UHGV virus genome: UHGV-1376410
Source of the DNA: a virus
Reading direction: 5' to 3' (one strand)
Length of the DNA: 47,591 nt
The notes under the pieces were generated by a model. That model made no database searches and was not told where the DNA came from. It worked only from the letters and a program-made list of their open reading frames with translations. Every line of letters starts with the position of its first letter. The stretch's first letter is position 1. Of this stretch, positions 39,019-46,917 are shown piece by piece. The position numbers and the translations under genes are program-made.

Positions 39019-40035
39019 ATGCTTAAGTTTTCCAAAGAACAAGCGGCGTTAATTATTAATGAGCGCCGAAACTATGACCGCCAGCACCAGGTAATGGCTG
39101 CCAACAGCGGATGGCAGAATCGCGGTGGAATTTACACCGATGGCCTGACTGGTAACGCATCAACCCTGCCGAAAGATGTATGGGGCATTTGGGACCGCCA
39201 GGCTGTAGAGATTCAGCGTGATGTACTGGCTGTTTTCAGTGACCTGTCAAGCCTGTCAATGCCAATGCCTGTCGGTAAATTGCTGCATTACTTCCAGACC
39301 GTTTCCGATTCCGGCGAAGTAAACATCAGCCTGGATGGTCGCGGCAAGGCAAAAACCGACGCGCCTGTAATTGATTACCACGGCACCCCTCTGCCGATCA
39401 TCGACTCATCCTTCAGCTTCGGATGGCGTCAGATGCTGGCTGCTCAGACCGAGGGTTATCAGCTTGACACCGCAGCGAGCAACAACGCAGTGCGTAAAGT
39501 AGCTGAGAAACTGGAAGATATGGTAATTAATGGCGATACCAGTATCAACGTTAGCGGCTCCACCATTTACGGCCTGCGTACAGCTCCAAATCGTGCAACA
39601 TTCACGCATGGTTATGACCTGTCTGCTGCGACTGGCGCTGAGTGGGTTGATGCCATTACCAAGGCAATCGCGGCGCTTCAGGCTAAGAACTACTACGCAC
39701 CAGTGACATTCTATGTCAACTACAGCGACTGGTTCTACGCGTCAACCACTGATTATGTGGCAACCTACCCGAAAACCATCCTGTCTCGCCTGCTGGAGAT
39801 TCCTGGCGTTGCAGCAATCATCCCTGCATCTCGCGTTCCAGTAGATGAAATCCTGGGTATCGTTAAACGCTCAGAAGTCTTCCAGATGCTGTCCGGCATG
39901 CCGATTACCACCCGCGCATTTACCCGTCTGCGTCCTGAAGATGATTACGCATTTAACGTAATTGCGGCTGTCGCGCCAGAGTTTAAATACGATGCGCTCG
40001 GACAGGCTGGTTACGTTCAGGGTACACAATCCTAA
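39019..40035 (+). CDS. major capsid protein
   Basis: 338 aa, position, followed by a strong terminator. Confidence 0.65.
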   Translation: MLKFSKEQAALIINERRNYDRQHQVMAANSGWQNRGGIYTDGLTGNASTLPKDVWGIWDRQAVEIQRDVLAVFSDLSSLSMPMPVGKLLHYFQTVSDSGEVNISLDGRGKAKTDAPVIDYHGTPLPIIDSSFSFGWRQMLAAQTEGYQLDTAASNNAVRKVAEKLEDMVINGDTSINVSGSTIYGLRTAPNRATFTHGYDLSAATGAEWVDAITKAIAALQAKNYYAPVTFYVNYSDWFYASTTDYVATYPKTILSRLLEIPGVAAIIPASRVPVDEILGIVKRSEVFQMLSGMPITTRAFTRLRPEDDYAFNVIAAVAPEFKYDALGQAGYVQGTQS

Positions 40036-40062
40036 CAAAGAGGGGCGAAAGCCCCTTTTTTA
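40036..40062 (+). terminator. Rho-independent terminator
   Basis: AGGGGC-GAAA-GCCCCT hairpin then TTTTT. Confidence 0.75.
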
Positions 40063-40077
40063 TCTGGAGTAAAGAAG

Positions 40078-40335
40078 ATGATTAATCCGAAAAAAGTCCT
40101 GGATGATACTGGTCATTTCAGTAATGTGCCAGCATCAGCCATCCCTGCTGCAACTACCTCTGCCGCTGGCGGTGTAAAAAAGACGCCAGCAGTTACTGAT
40201 ATTGCCACGCAAACTGTTTCTGGTGCAGACGCAGCCGCTGTTGCAACTTCTGCAACCACCGCAGTAAACGCTGTAGGGACAAAGCTTAATGCGTTACTTG
40301 CTCAGTTGCGCGCTGCTGGAATTGTTACGCCGTAA
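40078..40335 (+). CDS. Ala/Thr-rich small structural protein
   Basis: ORF with AAGAAG SD. Confidence 0.4.
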   Translation: MINPKKVLDDTGHFSNVPASAIPAATTSAAGGVKKTPAVTDIATQTVSGADAAAVATSATTAVNAVGTKLNALLAQLRAAGIVTP

Positions 40336-40345
40336 GGAGGAATTA

Positions 40346-40513
40346 TGAAGTGGATTCTTACTCATGACAGCCACCATCTTAAAAAGGGTGATGTCTATGA
40401 GGGTGATAATCTTCCGGCATGGCTTGTTGGTAAGGCTTCTTTGGTAGAAGAGAAGTCTTTCGAAGTGGCAACCCCGCAAGAAAAGACGACAAAGAGAAAG
40501 AAAGCAGAGTAAA
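40346..40513 (+). CDS. hypothetical 55-aa protein
   Basis: GGAGG SD; not in the supplied track. Confidence 0.3.
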
Positions 40514-40515
40514 CT

Positions 40516-40542
40516 GAACCCGCATAATGCGGGTTTTTTATT
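40516..40542 (+). terminator. Rho-independent terminator
   Basis: ACCCGCAT-A-ATGCGGGT hairpin then TTTTTT. Confidence 0.75.
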
Positions 40543-40552
40543 GGGGGTTTCC

Positions 40553-41401
40553 ATGGCTGTAAGATACGACATATTCACCACGCGGGATGACGGAGAGGTG
40601 ATGCTTGACGAGCTGATGTCCGCTGACTGGACTGCGCTACAGGTTAACGTGATGCCACTTGATTCATCTGGTGCATACACGCCACTGGTTAGTGGAACCG
40701 CGTCCGTGAAGGTGTCGCCATTTGAGTCCGGTGATTACTGGATTGATGTCAACAATAATAATTATTACGGCGTAGCGCTGCGCCTGAAGATAATCAAAAC
40801 TGAATTGCCGGCAGCGGTAAGTTCGCTGAGAGTTTCGGTGTGGCGCGCTGGCGTCTCTCCGCAATCGGTAGTAAACCTTCAACCTGACGTGGCGCTAAGC
40901 GATATTACCACGCAGTCATATATTGAACGCGCCAACAAGCAAGGCAAGCTGTTCACTGCGTCGCGCAGAGTAACTGATGTTGCTGGCAGCTCAAACCTTG
41001 ACAGCATCTTTATCACCGGAACAAAACAGGTGATATTTAACCAGCGCATCATTGGTTATACAGGGAAAGGTGTTGTTGCGTCAATCTACCGTGAAGCCGT
41101 AGCCACTGGCGGCACCACTGCGGAGATTAATAACCCAAATGACATCGCGCCGCATACTGCAACAGCGCAACTTCTGACTGGCTCTACTGTGACAAGCATT
41201 GGGCAGCTGACGGTGGCCGCGACCTATAGTGAAGGGAACGCATCTAATCAGGGGCAGGGCAATTCACAGGCAAAACTCGGTGAACAGGTTATCATGGCGC
41301 CTAATACTACCTACCTGTTACGCATTACATCCATGGATACTGCGGCGCAAACTATCAATGCTTACGTTTCGTGGTTTGAGGATGGCGCTTATCTTCCGTG
41401 A
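40553..41401 (+). CDS. hypothetical virion-associated protein
   Basis: 283 aa beta-rich protein (listed ORF from 40541). Confidence 0.45.
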   Translation: MAVRYDIFTTRDDGEVMLDELMSADWTALQVNVMPLDSSGAYTPLVSGTASVKVSPFESGDYWIDVNNNNYYGVALRLKIIKTELPAAVSSLRVSVWRAGVSPQSVVNLQPDVALSDITTQSYIERANKQGKLFTASRRVTDVAGSSNLDSIFITGTKQVIFNQRIIGYTGKGVVASIYREAVATGGTTAEINNPNDIAPHTATAQLLTGSTVTSIGQLTVAATYSEGNASNQGQGNSQAKLGEQVIMAPNTTYLLRITSMDTAAQTINAYVSWFEDGAYLP

Positions 41402-41430
41402 TAAAAGAAAAGCACCAGAATGGGCTTTGT

Positions 41431-41685
41431 TTACTTATGGTCGCGAAGTTGAATGAGATTATCAATCAGCCGCTGGATTGCGGCATTATCTTTAAATGCG
41501 ATGTAAATTTCAGACTCATCAGTATCATTAGTTTTATCGCCAGGAATGCCGCGATTTATGGTATTCGCAAAAGCCATTAACTTTTCTCCATTGCAATAGC
41601 CAAATTTAATGCCAACGTAACCATCGCCAAGACGGGCAACTTTTGAGCCATCTTTCTGAGTAAAAACACCATTCTTTTTCATCAC
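41431..41685 (-). CDS. hypothetical protein
   Basis: Start overlaps the stop of the DnaN-like gene. Confidence 0.45.
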   Translation of the reverse strand: MMKKNGVFTQKDGSKVARLGDGYVGIKFGYCNGEKLMAFANTINRGIPGDKTNDTDESEIYIAFKDNAAIQRLIDNLIQLRDHK

Positions 41686-42221
41686 TAAATCCTCATTGGC
41701 ATAACGATAACTTTTGCAGTCTCGCCAGTAGGCGCACTGATGTTTGCGACGGCGGCGCTGGTGTTGCCATTCAACTCAAATAGCACCGCTTCAAATTTCG
41801 GGTTAAACAACTTCGCCAGCTTCTCAACATCTTCCAGGTATTTGGCATTAAAGCCAATCTGTTCCGCTGGTGCGGTCTGCTTAGGAATGACGCGATCAAT
41901 ATCAGGGAATCGGCCATTAATCTCAGAGCAGATACCTGCGCCTACCATGATTTCATGCTCGTCATGGTAAGTAACAATACCTGTTTTGGTGTCCAGTAGC
42001 GCATGCGCATAACGCTTAGTTGGCGACTTGCTTACCGATACGATGACGTTACTTTTTATCTTGTTTTCGTGCTTACTGGCAATCATGGCGCGATGACCGT
42101 CAGTAGCGGCAACTCGACCATCAGGCATAAAGCAAATGCCATTCAGGTAGTAACGCACATCCTGTTTGGCCTGGAACATCAACGCGCCTTCAAGAAGTAA
42201 CTTGCTGATTTTTAATTTCAT
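41685..42221 (-). CDS. truncated beta sliding clamp (DnaN domain II + partial domain III) homologue
   Basis: AKQDVRYYLNG...ATDGHR, INGRFPDIDRVIPKQ, IGFNAKYLEDV and C-terminal VIVMPMRI align colinearly with E. coli DnaN residues about 140-366 with a roughly 60-aa gap; true start MKLKISK at 42221 (the listed ORF extends further upstream). Confidence 0.7.
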   Translation of the reverse strand: MKLKISKLLLEGALMFQAKQDVRYYLNGICFMPDGRVAATDGHRAMIASKHENKIKSNVIVSVSKSPTKRYAHALLDTKTGIVTYHDEHEIMVGAGICSEINGRFPDIDRVIPKQTAPAEQIGFNAKYLEDVEKLAKLFNPKFEAVLFELNGNTSAAVANISAPTGETAKVIVMPMRI

Positions 42222-42394
42222 CACTTCACCTTTATCATGTGTTGTTTTGCAACCTTCAGGCATTCATCGAAAATCTTGCCATTCTTTTCACTCTGGTTGC
42301 TCCTGTAGTGGGTAATTGCGGCCTCTATAGCCGCGTTGTCGATGCCTGGCAGTTTTTCGCGCAGGTTTTTCTCTATGAATTGTTCGGGGTTCAT
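42221..42394 (-). CDS. hypothetical 57-aa protein
   Basis: AAGGT SD; TGATG overlap with the DnaN-like start. Confidence 0.35.
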   Translation of the reverse strand: MNPEQFIEKNLREKLPGIDNAAIEAAITHYRSNQSEKNGKIFDECLKVAKQHMIKVK

Positions 42395-42530
42395 TATTTA
42401 ACCTTTTTAGAATCATGGTCGCAGCCAATCATTTGATGAAAAACCCACGGAGCAAATCGACCAAGACCTATTCCAGTGCGCTCGCTTATGCTCCATACGG
42501 CAGCCCACAGCATGCGCCAGATGTTAATCA

Positions 42531-43346
42531 TTACAGCTTCTCCAGAATAGCCAGAACTTCACCCAACTCAGCGGAAGGAAGGCGCAAAAATTCTTCTGTC
42601 TCCTGTGCCACATGACCCTCAGCAACCACCATATGATCTGCTTCTTTCAGCAACTGAATCAGGCGGTCAATCGGCTTAACTTTTTTGGCCTTGAGCGTTT
42701 TAGCCGTCACCTTATCTTTGCCCTGCGCTTTCGCTTCCTCAACGGCGGCATCAATAACGTTAACGGCATCATCGCCATGCTCACGTGCGACCGCAACGGC
42801 GTTGGCATAGCTGATTTGGCCTGCATTGATACGCTGCTTGATGGCATCAGGTACATCACCAAGTGACAGGTGCATTTGCACATCAGACACAGAGCGCCCG
42901 ACCTTCTTGGCGATTTCTTCATTCGTCCACCCGAACCCTTTGAGGCGCACATAAGCCTTTGCACGCTCAAGCGGGTCGAGTTGCTTGCCCTGACTTGAAG
43001 ACACCATGAAGGCGATTTTATCCGCCTCATCGCCGGTGAAGTCTTTGCACTCAATTCGCGCAATTGGCACGCCGCGCTCAATGGCACGCAGTGCTCCAAG
43101 GTAACGATGCTGGCCGTCAAGAATCTTGATGCGCTTTCCGTCGGCATCAGGAATAACAGTTAACGCCGGGATTGGCTGTCCTGATTCCCAACACTGCGCG
43201 AAGTATTCAACGTGCTGCTCATCGGCTTCGCGGATGTTGTACCCCGGCTCAAGGTAAAGCTGGTCGACAGGGACCTGATAACCTTTGTTGACCACGATTC
43301 CGCCGCGAGTTTCTTTGTCTGAGTAAATTTTTCCGAGAGATGTCAT
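42531..43346 (-). CDS. ParB-like nuclease domain protein
   Basis: ILDGQHRY ParB/Srx motif; likely start MTSLGK at 43346 with a GAGGGGAAG SD (the listed ORF extends to 43382). Confidence 0.7.
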   Translation of the reverse strand: MTSLGKIYSDKETRGGIVVNKGYQVPVDQLYLEPGYNIREADEQHVEYFAQCWESGQPIPALTVIPDADGKRIKILDGQHRYLGALRAIERGVPIARIECKDFTGDEADKIAFMVSSSQGKQLDPLERAKAYVRLKGFGWTNEEIAKKVGRSVSDVQMHLSLGDVPDAIKQRINAGQISYANAVAVAREHGDDAVNVIDAAVEEAKAQGKDKVTAKTLKAKKVKPIDRLIQLLKEADHMVVAEGHVAQETEEFLRLPSAELGEVLAILEKL

Positions 43347-43466
43347 CTTCCCCTCACTTTGATAAACAGATTGCACTGGCAATGGCGAATCCGATAACGA
43401 TTAACGCCAGCTTGATTTTGAACTTATCCCACGCCTTCAGGTCTTCTTTTCGTATTTCGTGGTGGA

Positions 43467-43784
43467 TCATTTGGATTCTCCGAGTGCTTTCGCGATTGCG
43501 GCACGCTCTGACAGCAATGCTGGGTTATCAATTGACGCCTCATACTGATATGCTTCAACCATATTTTGCAATGCTTCCAGCAACTCCGGCGCGGCAGCGA
43601 TGAGTTGCGCATTTGCCATTGCCACCGGACCGCGATGCTCATCATTATCAAACCAACTTGCGGATGAGCAAACATTCCCAACAGTTCCGCGCACCGCGTT
43701 AATGTCATAAAAATAACCGTTATCTTCGACTTCCCACGACCCCGGCGTACCTTTGAATTCATTCATCTTCATCACCTCTAACAT
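43467..43784 (-). CDS. hypothetical protein (first gene of the embedded leftward operon)
   Basis: ORF directly downstream of the promoter at 43807-43835. Confidence 0.45.
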   Translation of the reverse strand: MLEVMKMNEFKGTPGSWEVEDNGYFYDINAVRGTVGNVCSSASWFDNDEHRGPVAMANAQLIAAAPELLEALQNMVEAYQYEASIDNPALLSERAAIAKALGESK

Positions 43785-43806
43785 TTATTGTTGTTTCTAC
43801 GTCATC

Positions 43807-43835
43807 ACTATAGCGACACCCTCAATCTACGTCAA
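43807..43835 (-). promoter_or_regulatory. Consensus sigma70 promoter TTGACG-N17-TATAGT
   Basis: Nearly identical to the promoter at 21404-21432, including the TAGATTGAG spacer start. Confidence 0.6.
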
Positions 43836-43996
43836 CACTTTATGATAAAATTAAACCAACAACACTCAACCCGCGCTGTTCCGTCCTGAAAAACGTAAGG
43901 CGGCGAAATTGGATATAGCAATCGGCGTTATCGTCATGGCGCTTTCGCTGGTTCAGGTGTACAGATGCTGGAAGTTCATCATTCGGAGAATAATTA

Positions 43997-44284
43997 ATGA
44001 GAGACGCGCTTCAGCACGCCGCAAACCAGATAATTAGTGGCACTGTCGGCCAGGTAATCGACAAAGCCGGTTATACCTCCATCGGCACGGGTCTTGGCCT
44101 GAAGGTGGCAGAGCAGACGCCGGTCGCACAATCATACATTGCCTCAATGATCCCCCATTCGATTACCGAGTGGGCAGCGGTAGCCTCTATACTTGGCGCG
44201 CTGTCACTGGTGGCAAAAAACCTTTTTGAGATGTGGTGGAAGATTCGGGAGAGCAAAAAGAATGGCAGCACCGACAGCAAGTGA
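43997..44284 (+). CDS. hypothetical membrane-associated protein
   Basis: ORF with a hydrophobic segment. Confidence 0.4.
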   Translation: MRDALQHAANQIISGTVGQVIDKAGYTSIGTGLGLKVAEQTPVAQSYIASMIPHSITEWAAVASILGALSLVAKNLFEMWWKIRESKKNGSTDSK

Positions 44285-44654
44285 ACTTGTCGCCGCCATG
44301 GCGTCAAGAGGCGTGACTATCACCACAGCAGACGCAACGGGAATCCTGTGTCTGGTGGCGAGCATCACAGAGTGTCTTGAGCTTAATTACCCTGAAGACA
44401 CATGTAGGCAGGATGCAATTCTGCTATGGGCCTCAATCCTTATCGCCTCAAATACAGCCGGAAGATACATAACCAGCCACCGGGCTCCATCTGGTGCTTC
44501 GCAGTCGTTTGGCTATGGCAGCAAGCCGTGGATGGCCCTCTACAATCAGATGAAGCTACTCGATACGGCAGACTGCACAGGCGACCTTGTGGAAGAGCCT
44601 GATGGAAGTGCAAAGCCGTGGTTTCGGGTTGTCACCGGGAGTAAGTGCAGATGA
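44262..44654 (+). CDS. head-tail connector/adaptor candidate
   Basis: 131 aa from ATG 44262 (the listed ORF starts upstream at 44193); position. Confidence 0.4.
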   Translation: MAAPTASELVAAMASRGVTITTADATGILCLVASITECLELNYPEDTCRQDAILLWASILIASNTAGRYITSHRAPSGASQSFGYGSKPWMALYNQMKLLDTADCTGDLVEEPDGSAKPWFRVVTGSKCR

Positions 44655-44772
44655 AAACGTCAACATTAACTGTAAATATCGCAATCCGTAAATGGTGCAT
44701 GCCGTTGCTGGTTATTCTGGTATTGCTGCGCCTTCCTGTTCCGCGCTGGATTTATACTCTTGAGGCCGCACC

Positions 44773-45117
44773 ATGTCAGCGATAGCGAGATGGTGCTATA
44801 CGCAGCCATGCACAATCTGGCGGCTTACTGGCAAGGATAAGTATGGCAAGCCAACATTCGCCGCGCCAGAGTCCATCGTGTGTGATTATGGCTTCGATAA
44901 GAATCTGACCACCGGCACAGCTGGCAATGAGATCGCACAGAAAAACACATTCTGGACGGAATATCAGAATGCGTCTGTTGGCGACTTCATCATGCTTGGC
45001 ATCATTACCAGCGCTGACCCGCTGACCGCCGGAGCTGACCAGATTAGAAACGTCGTGAATTACGGCAACACACTAAATCGCAACGACCTGCCTGATTTTG
45101 CGCTGGTAACGGGGTAA
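44773..45117 (+). CDS. head-tail joining (head closure) protein candidate
   Basis: 114 aa; position. Confidence 0.45.
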   Translation: MSAIARWCYTQPCTIWRLTGKDKYGKPTFAAPESIVCDYGFDKNLTTGTAGNEIAQKNTFWTEYQNASVGDFIMLGIITSADPLTAGADQIRNVVNYGNTLNRNDLPDFALVTG

Positions 45118-45221
45118 TGTATGAGCAGAAGAGAGAGACTTTTGAAGTGCGCGCAGCTTAATCTTGACTTGATGCGGTTAGGCGTCGAACCCATCTGGCA
45201 ACTGCATTACTGGGTGAAATA

Positions 45222-45638
45222 ATGGCCGCCAAAATGCGAGGTATCCAGCAGGCGATCAAGCGCACTCAGCAGATTGTAGGCGAGATTACTGGTGAGAAGG
45301 CGGTATCAGCAATAAAAGCCGCCAACTATATCATCAGGACTGAATCGGCCTCCATGACGCCAGTGGCCACGTCAGCTCTGATAAACAGCCAGTATGATAC
45401 TGTTGAGGTTAATGGCACTCGCATAACTGGCAAGATTGGGTATTCCGCTAATTACGCCCTGTATGTCCATAATGCACCAGGTAAATTGCTTGGCACGAAT
45501 ACTCCGCGCACAGGGAGACTTAAAGGAAAGGGAAATGTATGGGATAAGAGCGGCGAGCCTAAATTCCTTCTCAAGGCTGGCGAAAACACACGCGAGCTTG
45601 TCGATCAGGTAATCAAAAAAGAGATGACGCTAAAATGA
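45222..45638 (+). CDS. HK97 gp10-like neck/tail component
   Basis: 138 aa; position; N-terminus MAAKMRG... Confidence 0.45.
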   Translation: MAAKMRGIQQAIKRTQQIVGEITGEKAVSAIKAANYIIRTESASMTPVATSALINSQYDTVEVNGTRITGKIGYSANYALYVHNAPGKLLGTNTPRTGRLKGKGNVWDKSGEPKFLLKAGENTRELVDQVIKKEMTLK

Positions 45639-46018
45639 GAGATATGCTTGAGCTTGTTGACCAGTACCTTAGCGATGCCGGTCTTTATGATGGGTGGACT
45701 TCTCAGCTTGAGTTCTGGAACGATACCGAAGTTGGCACAGACCGGTTTATGGTGCTGCAATCCAATGGCGGCACGAACGTAAGCAAAGGGCTAGGTGGAG
45801 ATTACTATTTCTCGCTCTATGTTGTCGGCCAGCAGGGTCAGTACAACATCGAGGAGACAAAAGCAAAAGCGCTTGATGTCATCGCATACATCAAAGAGCA
45901 TCCAGTTGATAGTTGCATTGGCATGATTCAGTTGCAGGCTCCGCTTGGACGCCCGACGCTCACAACGGAGCAGAGACCGGTTTATGAATTGTTGCTGAGG
46001 GTTGTTTTTGGTGAATAA
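45635..46018 (+). CDS. tail completion / tail terminator protein candidate
   Basis: ATGA coupling; position before the major tail gene. Confidence 0.45.
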   Translation: MRDMLELVDQYLSDAGLYDGWTSQLEFWNDTEVGTDRFMVLQSNGGTNVSKGLGGDYYFSLYVVGQQGQYNIEETKAKALDVIAYIKEHPVDSCIGMIQLQAPLGRPTLTTEQRPVYELLLRVVFGE

Positions 46019-46046
46019 AAAAAGGCCGCTGATGAGCGGCTTTTAG
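46017..46046. terminator. Rho-independent terminator (bidirectional)
   Basis: A-run, GCCGCT-GATG-AGCGGC hairpin, T-run. Confidence 0.7.
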
Positions 46047-46228
46047 TAGTCATTACTACATAATAAATAATCAATGGCATCGCCAAGATATTCGAATCGG
46101 GCATCATATCGCCCATTAGCATTTGCGACAACATACCACTTCCCGACCTTTGATATACCAGCAACCCTGCTATTATTTTGGTCAGCTATGCGCCAGTAAT
46201 CATCGTGGATTTTTTGGATTTGTATCAT
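46043..46228 (-). CDS. hypothetical 61-aa protein in reverse orientation
   Basis: GGGGAG SD 7 nt before ATG 46228; the listed ORF 46043-46327 carries an N-terminal extension I do not believe. Confidence 0.45.
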   Translation of the reverse strand: MIQIQKIHDDYWRIADQNNSRVAGISKVGKWYVVANANGRYDARFEYLGDAIDYLLCSNDY

Positions 46229-46339
46229 TGCGCTCCCCGAAGATGGTTCCCGCGACAGGATTCGAATTATTGTTGTGGCCCTGGTGCCTCCAGGTTGCTG
46301 GTCGGTAAATCCAGCAGGCATACCCACAAAAGGAGCATA

Positions 46340-46680
46340 TTTCTACCTTGCCACGTGCGCATAGCCGCATTACCACAACGGAAAGAGTACTGGCTTGGCT
46401 CGACATCAGATAGGGTGGAACAGCCCTCAAATGCCCAATGCTCTTACCTGTTGTGTGTTGTGGAGTGACGCACCATCTCACTCTTGAATGTTAACCCATT
46501 CCCGGCCCAGCAACACACGCTACGGTTAAGATTATTGCGCGTGTTGTATGGTCTTGCTGGTCACAACGGAAAGAGCACTCCAGGACTTACCACACGTACT
46601 TTTGCGCATAGGTCGTCACCAGTGCGGGCGTGTCCCCTGAAGCTACCTGACAATGCTCTTACCTGTTGTGTGCCCATCAT
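46340..46680. repeat. Duplicated non-coding segments
   Basis: AATGCTCTTACCTGTTGTGTG perfect 21-mer at 46436 and 46652; ACAACGGAAAGAG(T/C)ACT at 46373 and 46563; TGCGCATAG and CCGGGCCAG blocks shared. Confidence 0.6.
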
Positions 46681-46840
46681 TAATCACACCGGGCCAGTGC
46701 GCCGAATTCATTGACAAGGAGTCGGAAGACCTTGCTGGTGTTTAGCCGTTAGGCTACTGCCAGATACATTTCTTCGTTTGCATTTATCTTTGTGGTCAGT
46801 TTCTAAAAACCAGCAAAGTCGCACCGAAAACTATCTGCCA

Positions 46841-46883
46841 TTAAATCTACACCACCAATCAAAACCTGTCAACATGATATAAT
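46841..46883 (+). promoter_or_regulatory. Motif TTAAATCTACACCA plus extended -10 TGATATAAT for the major tail gene
   Basis: 35 nt upstream of ATG 46918, with an AGAGAGGA SD. Confidence 0.5.
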
Positions 46884-46917
46884 GCGATTGTTTAGCTAAA
46901 CAGAGAGGATTCTAAAC

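Noticed and set aside
42239-43147. + strand ORFs opposite the ParB-like/DnaN-like operon (65-146 aa)
   Set aside because: Antisense to strongly supported - strand genes. No SD, and the protein sequences are atypical.
46243-46270. GGTTCCCGCGACAGGATTCGAATT resembles a tRNA T-arm/T-loop (GGTTCGAATCC)
   Set aside because: No complementary T-stem, acceptor stem or anticodon arm could be built on either strand. Probably chance, or a degraded remnant.
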